From NCBI GenBank assembly GCA_050951805.1, contig JBMNJT010000001.1, positions 1 through 64,000 of the forward strand: a stretch of DNA of 64,000 bases, read 5' to 3'. The notes beneath the pieces were generated by a model. The model was not told the origin of the DNA. It saw only the letters and a list, made by a program, of their open reading frames with translations, and did no database searches. Of this stretch, positions 20,910 to 30,722 are shown piece after piece (the first letter of the stretch is position 1; every line of letters starts with the position of its first letter). The translations under genes were made by a program, and so were the position numbers. The stretch comes from Bacillota bacterium. Lineage in GTDB: Bacteria; Bacillota; DTU025.

Positions 20910-22199
20910 CTACTTATACTTTTTCTGGATTATCTCTATGTTTCTTACTGCATCATCTAGAGCCTGCTGAGGATCCTTCTTGCCTGTGAGGGCTTCTTGT
21001 AACATCAACTGCATTATCTTGGAGTATTGCATGTAGTATGGTACGTGCACCTTGACATGACCGTATGGAAATTGCTTCTGAAACATTCTCATTGTGACGG
21101 GTTGCTCTTTCACGAGCGCTGGATCTGAAAACGAGTCTTTCCATATGGGCAGCTGGTGGGCCGCATACCTGTTCATAACCTCTGGGCTGGTGAAGTACTT
21201 AAGAAGCTCCCAGGCCGCATCCGGATTGCGTGAGCCCTTTGAGATTGCAAATCCCATAGAGTCGTTTGACGTGGCACTGACAATGCCCTTTTTGTAAACC
21301 TCTTCTGAGACCGGCACAAGACTCATCTTGATTTTTCCTGCAACCTGAGACTCGGCCGGATCATTGGCCAGGTCGTAGACGTAAAGCCAGTTGATGGCAA
21401 AGGCTGCCTTTCCAGACGATAGAGTATGTCGAACATCCTCTTCCACCGCAACTACAGAAGATGGGTTGCTTATACCCTCACGGATACTGTTCACCATGAA
21501 AGTTAGGGCCTTCAAGCCGCCTTTTTCATTGAACGCAGGTTGGCCCTTCTCATTCTCAAGCCTTCCGCCAAACCCGTAAAGGAGTGCCACAAAGTCGCAG
21601 TTCGCACACTCGCGCTGCGCCCAGCTCCAAATGATGGGATACTCAACAATACCCTTCTTCTTCATGACCCGAGACATCTCAACTAGTTCTTCCCACGTCT
21701 TCGGCGGCTGATTGTACCCTGCCCGTGCCAGCATCTCTTCGTTATAGAAAAAATACTTCTGGTCCATGAGCCATGGCATACCGTAAAGCCTGCCGTTATA
21801 TGTAACAATGCGCCATGTGACTTCCTGATCTACTGTAGCCCTCTTCATCTCGGGGGTAACTCTATCAGTAACATCCAATAACCAACCAGCAGATGCGAGT
21901 TCTGCAAGCCAGGTATTGTCAACAAGCATTACATCGAATGCACGTCCACCTCCGGCAAGCGCTGTGACGAGTTTGTCATGAAGAGCATCATACGATACAA
22001 AAGTAGCGTTCACCTTGATGTTTGGGTGCAACTTTTCGAACTCGCGAATAACGGTTTTTTGCTCATCCACGGTCATTCCAGCTTGATCCATACCAATGAA
22101 GTTGAGTGTGATCTTCGATGCAGCAGCATTTACATATGTTGACAAACCAATAAGAAAAATGACAGCTAGACAAATTGACCATCTACAGCTCTTGCTCAT
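20910..22199 (-). CDS. Carbohydrate ABC solute-binding protein (family 1)
   Basis: Signal peptide ending VNA-A; YNGRLYGMPW, PPKTWEEL. ATG at 22199 has a GAGGAGG RBS. Confidence 0.92.
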   Translation of the reverse strand: MSKSCRWSICLAVIFLIGLSTYVNAAASKITLNFIGMDQAGMTVDEQKTVIREFEKLHPNIKVNATFVSYDALHDKLVTALAGGGRAFDVMLVDNTWLAELASAGWLLDVTDRVTPEMKRATVDQEVTWRIVTYNGRLYGMPWLMDQKYFFYNEEMLARAGYNQPPKTWEELVEMSRVMKKKGIVEYPIIWSWAQRECANCDFVALLYGFGGRLENEKGQPAFNEKGGLKALTFMVNSIREGISNPSSVVAVEEDVRHTLSSGKAAFAINWLYVYDLANDPAESQVAGKIKMSLVPVSEEVYKKGIVSATSNDSMGFAISKGSRNPDAAWELLKYFTSPEVMNRYAAHQLPIWKDSFSDPALVKEQPVTMRMFQKQFPYGHVKVHVPYYMQYSKIMQLMLQEALTGKKDPQQALDDAVRNIEIIQKKYK

Positions 22200-22306
22200 A
22201 GAGTGGACCCTCCTCACGGAAATTAGTGATACCGTCTGCTATGACCTGCTTGTCCTGTCAAACTCCACTGCCTTAACACACGGATTGCCTATCGCGTCCC
22301 CCCTCA

Positions 22307-22330
22307 ACTTGTACGCATATGCGTATATGT
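22307..22330. promoter_or_regulatory. Candidate GntR/HutC operator palindrome
   Basis: Perfect 14 bp palindrome TACGCATATGCGTA (22312-22325) inside the imperfect 24-mer ACTTGTACGCATATGCGTATATGT, upstream of the operon that contains the GntR gene. Confidence 0.6.
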
Positions 22331-22493
22331 TAGAAACATTTCTACGCGCTGCCACGAATTCCTGCTTCAAAAACAAAAGGGAATATCAGCGATGCCCTGC
22401 AGTCAGTGTCTGCAGGGCATCGCAGCATCGCTTTGCTGGACTAATAGCCGACGAGTGTTGGGGCGCGAAAGGCGCCTTTACGGGTCTAGCCCC

Positions 22494-23552
22494 TTAGTAT
22501 TCTTTCACAGCATCCACAAAGGCCATGATATTCTCCCATGGGACGTCCGGTTCGATTACGTGAGTCGGAGAGATGAGAAGTCCTCCGCCATCGCCGACGG
22601 TTTCTATCATCCTCTTCACTTCCTGCCTCACTTCGTCGGGAGTCCCAAACGGCAGGGTGGTCTGGGTTCCGATAGTGCCCCAAAAAGCTAACTCGTTGCC
22701 GTAAAGCTTCTTGATTCTTTCCGGGTCCATGCTCTCCGGTTGAACGGGATTGAGAATGTCTACTCCGATCTCTATGAGATCAGGTATTATCGGTTCTATG
22801 TAGCCGCAACTGTGGTAGAAGATAAGTACCTCCGGATTTGCCTCCTTCGCCGCCTCTATAACCGACGCCAAGCGTGGCTTCAGCCACTCGCGCCACATCG
22901 ATGGGCTCATCATCATCGTCCTCTGCATTCCAACATCATCACCAGTCACGAGCACATCGACGCCGGCTGCTGCAAGAATGGTGGCAGTGCCTTTTGATAT
23001 GTCCGTAACTCTATCCAACAGTGCGCCTGCCATCGCCCGGTTCTGAACAAAGTCGACCAAGAGGTTCTCTAGCCCTCGAAGTGCCCATGCGGTTTCAAAG
23101 ACAGTTCCCCCATAAAACGGAGGCAGTCCGCGTACAGCGTATCCTAGCTCGTGCCAACGCTTCACTGCCTTAGGAATGTGCTGCCACCTGTACTCTTGAG
23201 TCATGTCGGGGAATGGGTAGTCCTCGATCTCCTTTGCCGTTGCCGCTTTCTGAAGCGGATGGACAAAATCTACGAAGTGAGACCATCCAGACCCCTTGAC
23301 TTCACCAACACCCCACTCGTTAACGTTGCTGCCAGGCGGAAGCTCCCCCAAATACATAGAAAAGTCCGCAACTTTCTTGCAGGGCTCGAAGCTCACTTCT
23401 CGTATGTCTAAATCAAAGTAGTCTGCAGGGTCCGAAGATCCGGTAATACTATGAAACTTGTCCACCACCGGAGGCGTAAACTCCATATACATTGGCACTC
23501 TGTCCGGCACTTGTCTTCTGAGTGCAGCGAGAACTCTTTCCCTCGGAACCAT
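22494..23552 (-). CDS. Uroporphyrinogen decarboxylase / MtaA-CmuA superfamily protein
   Basis: PRERVLAAL..QVPDRVP, WALRGLENLL, GDDVGMQ, FYHSCG, LNPVQP, GTPDEVR, VPWENI. Confidence 0.9.
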   Translation of the reverse strand: MVPRERVLAALRRQVPDRVPMYMEFTPPVVDKFHSITGSSDPADYFDLDIREVSFEPCKKVADFSMYLGELPPGSNVNEWGVGEVKGSGWSHFVDFVHPLQKAATAKEIEDYPFPDMTQEYRWQHIPKAVKRWHELGYAVRGLPPFYGGTVFETAWALRGLENLLVDFVQNRAMAGALLDRVTDISKGTATILAAAGVDVLVTGDDVGMQRTMMMSPSMWREWLKPRLASVIEAAKEANPEVLIFYHSCGYIEPIIPDLIEIGVDILNPVQPESMDPERIKKLYGNELAFWGTIGTQTTLPFGTPDEVRQEVKRMIETVGDGGGLLISPTHVIEPDVPWENIMAFVDAVKEY

Positions 23553-23609
23553 GCTGTGTGATCCCCCCAGAAATCTTGGACAAAGGCAACGTGGCGCATG
23601 TCTTGGTCA

Positions 23610-24524
23610 TCAACCCTTTGTGGCGCCAGCAGTCAAGCCTTCAACCATTTGGTTAGAAAGAAACAGATAGACAATCAATATTGGAAGCATTATCAGAGTG
23701 AATCCTGCAAAAAGCCCCACCCAATCTCCTGTATACTGCATCGTCCCCTTCAGCCCGAATAGCCCGAGCGACAGTGTAAACTTGTCATTCGAACTCAAGA
23801 AAGTCAACGCCAACAGGAAGTCATTCCACAGGAACAAGAAGTTGAATATCGATACAGTCAAAACCCCTGGTGATGCAAGTGGAAGCATTATCCTGCTAAA
23901 AGCCTGAAAGGAGGTACAGCCATCTATCATTGCAGCTTCCTCAAGCTCCCCGGGAAGCGTCCTGAAGAAGCCCACTAGGTAGAATATTGTGAACGGAAGA
24001 GAAAGAGCGACATAGACGATTGCCAACCCGAATAGGGAATCAACGAGCTTCATCTTGAACATCAGGAAGAACAGGGGAACCAAGAGAAGTTGACTGGGTA
24101 TACCCATGCCAAATGTGAAGAAATTGGTCAATGCATCGCTCCCCTTAAACGGCTTCCTGGCTAACACGTAGGCTGCCGGCGAGGCCACTACCACCAGAAC
24201 TGCAACGGATGATAGAACCAGCAGCATGCTGTTGGCAAACCCCGTTCCCAATTGGCTGAGCGTCCACACCTTTACATAATTTGACCATTGTGGCTCTTTT
24301 GGCAGACTCCACACATTGGTAAATAGCTCATGATTGGACTTAAGCGAGGTCATGACCACCCATGCAAACGCGAATATAGAAAAGATCGACCATCCAACAA
24401 TCAGTATCCATCCTATAATCCTAACAATCCGGGCTCCTACATCTCCAGCCGCGACTCTTCCCGTTTCCGGCGTGACACCCAGACCGCCCCTACTCATCCG
24501 ACTCGGCTGCTCTTTACGGTACAT
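23610..24524 (-). CDS. Carbohydrate ABC permease (MalG-like)
   Basis: ELEEAAMIDG; ends GLTAGATKG. ATG at 24524 has a GAGGAGG RBS (the ORF track starts at 24572). Confidence 0.92.
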   Translation of the reverse strand: MYRKEQPSRMSRGGLGVTPETGRVAAGDVGARIVRIIGWILIVGWSIFSIFAFAWVVMTSLKSNHELFTNVWSLPKEPQWSNYVKVWTLSQLGTGFANSMLLVLSSVAVLVVVASPAAYVLARKPFKGSDALTNFFTFGMGIPSQLLLVPLFFLMFKMKLVDSLFGLAIVYVALSLPFTIFYLVGFFRTLPGELEEAAMIDGCTSFQAFSRIMLPLASPGVLTVSIFNFLFLWNDFLLALTFLSSNDKFTLSLGLFGLKGTMQYTGDWVGLFAGFTLIMLPILIVYLFLSNQMVEGLTAGATKG

Positions 24525-24590
24525 GTCAATCCTCCTCGGGACAATGTCAACCCAAGCGCCATGTTTGAACACGCACGACCTTCCACATTC

Positions 24591-25490
24591 TCAGTATTCC
24601 ACGCTCTCGCGCCTCATGAGACTTCTCACAATGAGCACCATGAGGATGACCATAATCAGCATCACCACACCCATGGCGGTACTGTACCCCATGCGGTACA
24701 CAGGCTCTCGGGTTCCAAATGCCATCACATACATGTAAACGGCCAGGTTTTGTGCGCCCTCTGGCGGCATTGCCTGCCCCCCTCCCCATGAATACAGGAA
24801 GGCGAATTCCTTAAGGGCCATGATGCCCCACAACACGATAGCCATGGTGAGCACATCCCATATCATAGGGACTTTAATGGAAAAGAATATCCGCACATCA
24901 TTAGCTCCTTCTATCTTGGCGGACTCAATAACATCGTTAGGAATTCGGTCGAAACCTGCCATCAGAATGACCACAAAGAATCCTACGTATATCCATACCA
25001 GGGCCACCAGCAAAGACCAGAACAACCGATCTGGAGCAGCCCATGTTCTGGCAAGCCCTCCTAAGCCTATAGCTCTGAGAAAGTTGTTAAGTAGGCCCGA
25101 GTCGTGCTCGTAGATGAACGACCACATGACCGCAAGACCAATGGGGTTAATGATGTTCGGGAAAAATACTATACTTCTGAGCAGCCGTTTAGATTTGATT
25201 CCGCTGCTCAGTATGGCGCTAAACAGGAACGCCAGCGCGAAGATAATGGCTCCGCCTATGAAGATTATGCCTAGAGTGTTTCTCATAACGACTTTCCAGA
25301 AATGCTCATCTGCAAAGAGCTCGCGAAAATTCCTGAGCCCGATAAACTCGAGATTGGGAGTAAAACCACTCCAGTCTGTCAAACTCACATATAGCGCGGC
25401 CAATGCGGGAAATACGAAGAATACAACATACACAACTAACGCCGGCACCAGACAAGCGATTACAAAGGTCTTGTCGTTTCGTTTCAACAT
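24591..25490 (-). CDS. Carbohydrate ABC permease (MalF-like)
   Basis: SLTDWSG, FIGLRNF, ESAKIEGA; ATG at 25490 has a GAGGGG RBS. Confidence 0.92.
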   Translation of the reverse strand: MLKRNDKTFVIACLVPALVVYVVFFVFPALAALYVSLTDWSGFTPNLEFIGLRNFRELFADEHFWKVVMRNTLGIIFIGGAIIFALAFLFSAILSSGIKSKRLLRSIVFFPNIINPIGLAVMWSFIYEHDSGLLNNFLRAIGLGGLARTWAAPDRLFWSLLVALVWIYVGFFVVILMAGFDRIPNDVIESAKIEGANDVRIFFSIKVPMIWDVLTMAIVLWGIMALKEFAFLYSWGGGQAMPPEGAQNLAVYMYVMAFGTREPVYRMGYSTAMGVVMLIMVILMVLIVRSLMRRESVEY

Positions 25491-25624
25491 GCACCCCTCG
25501 CTTAGATAAGCCCCCATAATCAGACCTCAACCCAACTCGATCGCAAAGGCGACTTTCGAGTCTATTGGCCTAAAACCAGGTTGGGGCTGGATTATCGCGC
25601 ATCCTTTCAGCGGCGTGGAGGACA

Positions 25625-25667
25625 GGGGCAAACCATCTCCGCACTGATCGCGCCCATGGTCTGCCCC
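25625..25667 (-). terminator. Stem-loop downstream of the solute-binding protein gene
   Basis: Minus strand GGGGCAGACCAT...ATGGTTTGCCCC, a 12 bp stem with one G-U pair. Confidence 0.5.
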
Positions 25668-25704
25668 GGTTCTCATGCACACAAAATATCAACTGACTTA
25701 ACCA

Positions 25705-27003
25705 CTACTTCTTCTTCTGCCAATAATTGATAGTTTGCTGCTTGATTTGTCGTATGAATTCATTCGGCGTGATAGTTCCGAACAAGAGCTTGTCATCTAA
25801 CCCATAGAACACGCTTGTGAACCACTCCGGAAGCTTAGCCTGTACGCCGTCATACTCCATGTGGAACTCTGTAGCATTTCTAAGATACGGTTCCACATCC
25901 GCCAGCACCGCAGGCAGCTTCACGTCCTTGCGAGCTGCAATATTCTGGGCCTTGTCCGCTATCATCTCCTGGTATTCCTTCTTGAGCGTGAACTTGATGA
26001 ACTCCTTGGCCAATTCCTCGTTCTTGGCGCCCTTGGGGATCGCAAAGCCTATCATGTACGCCTCGAAGTTTTGGAGTGTTCCCTTGCCGCCCTTGACTTC
26101 GGGGAATCCGAAATATCCAGTGTCAAAGTCGGCCGCTCGTCCTTCGGCAGTCTCGTTAGGAATCCATGTGCCACAAACGATCATCGCCGACTCTCGACGA
26201 GCCCAGCCCATCTGTGCAGCAGGGTAGTTGCTTCCATCATAGCCTTTCTGGAAATACCCGTTTCGGGCTTTGCTTATGTCGTAGATCATCTCCGCTGCCT
26301 TCAAATACCCCGGATGATCCCATGTTTTCCCGGTCCGATCAGCTGCGGCAGCATAAAAGGACCCGGGACCAAGTATCCTGTTGGTCAACCAATAGAACCA
26401 GTAGGCGTTGTAGAACGATATGTTCCCATCTTGCGCAAATGGAGCAATGCCTTTCGATTTCAGCTTTCCAGCCACATCCATGAGATCGTCCCATGTCTTC
26501 GGTTCCTGCAACCCATATTTCTTGAAGGTCGTCTTGTCATAAAAGAAACCTGATGTAATGAACTCATAGGGGACGAAATATGACTTGCCCGACACCTGGT
26601 ACAAGTCGAACGTGGGAGCATAGAAGATGTCCCTGAACTTCTTCTGCCCTTCAGGTCCCCGCGAATCAAGTAGATCGTTGACTGGAACAGCTACTTCTTT
26701 GTCTGCCAAAAGCGCGCCCCACAGTTCACAAAAGGACTGGTCAATGAGATCTGGGGGGGTTCCCATTATAACCCTGCTTCTGGCTTTGGCCACTACCTGT
26801 CTGCCTGCCCATGTCACCTTTACGCTCACACCTGGATTTGCCTTCTCAAAGTCGGCTATCACCTTTGCCAAGACCTGCTGTTGGTCCTCGCCAGGATTCC
26901 ACATGGAGTAATACTCGAGTTGCTGTTTCGCCGCGTTGACTCCCATGCAAGTAGCCAGCAGTAGGACTACAGCGGATATCACTGCAAATAGCCGTGACCG
27001 CAT
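25705..27003 (-). CDS. Carbohydrate ABC solute-binding protein (family 1)
   Basis: Signal peptide ending VNA-A; FEKANPGVSV, FFYDK, PKTWDDL, CGTWIPNE. Confidence 0.92.
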   Translation of the reverse strand: MRSRLFAVISAVVLLLATCMGVNAAKQQLEYYSMWNPGEDQQQVLAKVIADFEKANPGVSVKVTWAGRQVVAKARSRVIMGTPPDLIDQSFCELWGALLADKEVAVPVNDLLDSRGPEGQKKFRDIFYAPTFDLYQVSGKSYFVPYEFITSGFFYDKTTFKKYGLQEPKTWDDLMDVAGKLKSKGIAPFAQDGNISFYNAYWFYWLTNRILGPGSFYAAAADRTGKTWDHPGYLKAAEMIYDISKARNGYFQKGYDGSNYPAAQMGWARRESAMIVCGTWIPNETAEGRAADFDTGYFGFPEVKGGKGTLQNFEAYMIGFAIPKGAKNEELAKEFIKFTLKKEYQEMIADKAQNIAARKDVKLPAVLADVEPYLRNATEFHMEYDGVQAKLPEWFTSVFYGLDDKLLFGTITPNEFIRQIKQQTINYWQKKK

Positions 27004-27182
27004 TGATGTCACTCCTCTCGCTTGCTAAGTCGCTCCTATGACGGCGTTCTCGCTTCCCTTAGGGACATGAAATTGTTAACTTCAGGTGCGAATTCGAGTA
27101 AGAGCGCCACCCCCCGTATTTCTTATTTGCCTGTAGTTCGAATCGACGACTCTCACGCGCCTCACTGCCGAACATGTAGCAC

Positions 27183-28409
27183 CTACCCCCCAAATGGGTA
27201 AATGGTGACCCCTTTCACTACACGGCTGATAACCCCGCGCGCCGATGGAGCATCGGGCTTGAATCCTAGGTCCAAAGCTTTGTATACTCCCAATAGCTGA
27301 CCCGCGATCACATCGATCGGCGGCCGAAGATCCTCATCGATCTCCCCTTGCGCTTTCTGACCGTAACTTACCGAACAATTCACCAAATCGGATATGCGCT
27401 TTGGAAGGTTAGGAGCAACGGCCATCGTTTTCATGGCCACATTCTCTCGACAGAATTGCTCTATGAGGTCGGCTTCGTATTCAAGCTTGTAGGAATCAGT
27501 CGAAACATAGAAGACAACCAGAGTCTTGTTGTTGACTACAGCCTTAGGTCCATGCCTGACACCGAGGAATGTCTGACTCATTGTCATGACAGTCCCATCT
27601 GTAAGCTCTTGCACTTTGAGAGCGCTTTCCGCCGCTGCTCCATATAATGCCCCGTCTCCTAGGAACACGGCACGTTCAAACGGTGTCTCCGCGAGTTCAC
27701 GAAATACACTATCTTCTTGAATCAGATCCTCGGCCGCAGTATGCATCAGCTCTGCCTGCTTTCGATATTCAGCAGGCGCATCCAGGAAAGACAGTGCCTG
27801 ACCTGCTACAACCATGTTGGTAAAGGACGACGTCATTGCAAGGCTCTTATCGTTGCAACTAGGGTCGAGCAGAATGAGGGAAACTTCCGACGGGCGTTCC
27901 GCAGCAAGCCGCGCCAGGCCTCCTTCGGGGTTGCACGTCACGGCAAGAAATCGGACGTCCTTGCAATAGGATCGGGCAATCTCATACGTCGCCAAGCTTT
28001 CAGGACTATCTCCTGACCTTGCAAAGAGCACGACAAGACAAGGCTCGTCTTTGATGAGATGCCCTTCAGGATCAATCACAATATCGGTGGTGTCGAACAC
28101 GCTTGCGTGCACGTTCAACCTTCTCCTGAAAAGCGGCGCAAGGCACCTCCCCACATGCCCCGAACTCCCAGCGCCTGAGAGAATCAAAGTCCGCCGATGG
28201 CATGGATCGAACGGATCATGTAGCCCCGGCCTCCCAGGCCGAGCCGGCACAAACAGGCCACTAAGCTCAGTCTGCTTGTTGAAGACCGTTTCCCCGCTCT
28301 CTCGCCACAAACTCGCTTGGCTCCTTATCTCAGAAGGAGTAAATATGATGCCCAAGCGCTCCTTTTCGGCGCCATCGAGACCGATCAATCTGTCAAGTTC
28401 GCACGTCAT
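27183..28409 (-). CDS. agaS: AgaS-like SIS protein (galactosamine-6-phosphate deaminase/isomerase)
   Basis: TPSEI.SQ..LW, GAGSSG, FARSGDSPES, TCNPEG, AMTSSFT, RHGPK, PDAPS..GVISRVVKGVTIY. Confidence 0.85.
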   Translation of the reverse strand: MTCELDRLIGLDGAEKERLGIIFTPSEIRSQASLWRESGETVFNKQTELSGLFVPARPGRPGLHDPFDPCHRRTLILSGAGSSGHVGRCLAPLFRRRLNVHASVFDTTDIVIDPEGHLIKDEPCLVVLFARSGDSPESLATYEIARSYCKDVRFLAVTCNPEGGLARLAAERPSEVSLILLDPSCNDKSLAMTSSFTNMVVAGQALSFLDAPAEYRKQAELMHTAAEDLIQEDSVFRELAETPFERAVFLGDGALYGAAAESALKVQELTDGTVMTMSQTFLGVRHGPKAVVNNKTLVVFYVSTDSYKLEYEADLIEQFCRENVAMKTMAVAPNLPKRISDLVNCSVSYGQKAQGEIDEDLRPPIDVIAGQLLGVYKALDLGFKPDAPSARGVISRVVKGVTIYPFGG

Positions 28410-28528
28410 GGATGCATCCTCTCCCCCAAACTGATCTAGCCGTCAGTTCGGCTACGCCGTACAGGGTGGGCGCGCTCAGCAAACCGCTCCACACGCTGCG
28501 ATCCGAAGCTTGGAAGCACATGAAGACC

Positions 28529-29452
28529 CTAGCTAAGGTCTGCGTATTCCTGTCCAAACTGAGCGGCAGCTCCAATAATGCCTGCGTCGTCGCCAAACGT
28601 TGCCCTCTTGATCTCCAATTCTTCCGCAAATGGTGACCTGTAGATCTTTCTGATGCGCATTCTCAAAGGATCGACTATCACATCTTCCACCTGAGAAAGC
28701 CCTCCCCCGATCACCACTACATCCGGATCCAGCACATTTATGACATTCACGAAACCCAAAGCAAGATAGTTCACGACCCTGTCCATTACATCCACTGCCC
28801 GGGGCTCTCCATTCCGGGCGGCCTCAACAACCTCCTCAGACCGCATCCCCGCCGCTCGCGCTATGGCAGGACCGGCAGCAAGACGTTCGAGGCATCCCGC
28901 CATGCCGCAGACGCATCTAGGGCCATCAGGATCTATACATGTATGCCCCATCTCAGAGGCGCTGTTGTGCGCGCCGCGCAGAAGCTTGCCGTTGGCTATA
29001 TAGCAGGAAGCTATGCCGGTTCCAAGGGTGACATAAAGAAAGTAGTCGCTCTTGCCATGACCTCCGTATATGTACTCTCCCGCAGCGGCCACCGCAACAT
29101 CATGATCCACCATCACCGGCAGACCCAGGCGAAGCTCCAACATTCTCTTCACGTTGACTGTTTCCCTAGCCCAGCTTGCATTTACTGCCTGAATAACCTC
29201 GCCGGACTCATGGTCCACACGACCGGGAATCCCTACGCCAACACCCTCCACCTCATTCATATCGAGCCCTGCGGCGTCGACCACGGTTCTCACATACTCG
29301 GCAACGATGTCCATGACCTCATCGGGACCCATATCGCTGCTCCATGCACGCTCTTTCTCGTATGCCAACACCTCGTACCCACGCACCGCTCCCACGCGGA
29401 GATGAGTGCCCCCAATGTCTACCCCCACCGCCATCCGTCCGCTATCCGCCAA
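28529..29452 (-). CDS. ROK-family sugar kinase
   Basis: VDIGGT, TLGTGI, EMGH, CVCG..GCLE; no helix-turn-helix. Confidence 0.92.
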   Translation of the reverse strand: MADSGRMAVGVDIGGTHLRVGAVRGYEVLAYEKERAWSSDMGPDEVMDIVAEYVRTVVDAAGLDMNEVEGVGVGIPGRVDHESGEVIQAVNASWARETVNVKRMLELRLGLPVMVDHDVAVAAAGEYIYGGHGKSDYFLYVTLGTGIASCYIANGKLLRGAHNSASEMGHTCIDPDGPRCVCGMAGCLERLAAGPAIARAAGMRSEEVVEAARNGEPRAVDVMDRVVNYLALGFVNVINVLDPDVVVIGGGLSQVEDVIVDPLRMRIRKIYRSPFAEELEIKRATFGDDAGIIGAAAQFGQEYADLS

Positions 29453-29513
29453 CTCAAATCACTCCCACACCTGAGCTGTAACCAGTGGGACCAATTCAGA
29501 ACATGTCCCAGAA

Positions 29514-30722
29514 CTACTCTGACTCGGCAAGGTCCCTTAATATCTCCTTCCATAGCAGGGCGCTTGCTCCAACTAGGCCCGCGTCACGTCCGAATTTGGA
29601 AGCTGTAATAGTCACCGCGCTCCCCACCTCAATCAAGACCCGACTCATCGCGGAGCTCCTTGCCGCTTCTATGAACTCGGTGTCCGAGGGACGAATTTGC
29701 CCTCCCAAGATTATGAGTTCAGGGTTGAAGACGTTTATCAGGTTAGCAATCCCAACACCCAAATACTCGCCAGCGCGATGCACTATCCTCCGGGCATTGG
29801 CATCGCCAGCTTCAGCAGCATCCAACACGTTGAATGGATCGACGTACCGCTCTTCAGGGTCGCCGCTGTGCCCCTCCGCGTCTCTGTCGGATTTTGCAGC
29901 CATAGAAGATATCGCCCTTAGGCTGGCCATCTGTTCCATACAACCCCAGCTTCCACACTTGCACGCTGGCCCGTCATAGTCAATGCTTACATGCCCAAAC
30001 TCGCCAGCCATTCCAGTCGAACCTGTGTAAACCCGTCCATCCAGCAGCATGCCGATGGCAATCCCCGGCCCCACCCAAAGATAAATTGCGTTCTGCATGT
30101 TTTTGGCCGCGCCGTACCATTCCTCGGCAAGGAGGGCAACATGGGTGTCTTTACCGATGAACACCGGATATTCGAAATGCTTCTGAATGGCTGCCTTGAT
30201 AGGCACATTGAACCAGTTCAAAGCGACTGATTTGAGCACCGTGCCAGTGGCAGCATCAACCAGACCAGGAGTGGTAACGCCGATTCCAACCACCTGGCCT
30301 GAGCGCGCTTCCGGGGTATCCAGTATCTCATTTATGGCGTCAACTATGTCGGCAACAGTGACTCCTTTCGCAGACCCGATGCGCCGCTCTCCACGGCAAA
30401 GCACGTTGCCGTCCATGTCCAAGAGCGCCGCGATCTGATCTGCCCCGGCGAGGTCCACTGCGACCATGATTCTTGATCCCTTATCAAGCTCCACCAGCTT
30501 TGGTTTGCGTCCTCCCCCGGATCTCCCATAACCAACCTCACGCACGAAACCCTGCTCGATAAAGTTGCTGACGATGTTGGTGACCGCGGCAGAAGTAAGC
30601 CCTGTGAGTCTTGCTATCTCTCGCCTCGTGATGGGCTGGTTCGTCCGTATGACGTCCAGCACAAGCTGTCTGTTGTGGATACCCACCTGAACCGAGTTTC
30701 TGCCCGACTGTTCTTGCCTCAC
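29514..30722 (-). CDS. ROK-family transcriptional regulator (NagC/XylR-like)
   Basis: N-terminal HTH (ITRREIARLTGLTSAAVT), GGRKP, GEFGH, CKCGSWGCME. Confidence 0.93.
   Translation of the reverse strand: MRQEQSGRNSVQVGIHNRQLVLDVIRTNQPITRREIARLTGLTSAAVTNIVSNFIEQGFVREVGYGRSGGGRKPKLVELDKGSRIMVAVDLAGADQIAALLDMDGNVLCRGERRIGSAKGVTVADIVDAINEILDTPEARSGQVVGIGVTTPGLVDAATGTVLKSVALNWFNVPIKAAIQKHFEYPVFIGKDTHVALLAEEWYGAAKNMQNAIYLWVGPGIAIGMLLDGRVYTGSTGMAGEFGHVSIDYDGPACKCGSWGCMEQMASLRAISSMAAKSDRDAEGHSGDPEERYVDPFNVLDAAEAGDANARRIVHRAGEYLGVGIANLINVFNPELIILGGQIRPSDTEFIEAARSSAMSRVLIEVGSAVTITASKFGRDAGLVGASALLWKEILRDLAESE

Noticed and set aside
22494-23552. Calling the gene hemE
   Set aside because: The HemE N-terminal signature (WxMRQAGR) is absent and there is no tetrapyrrole context.
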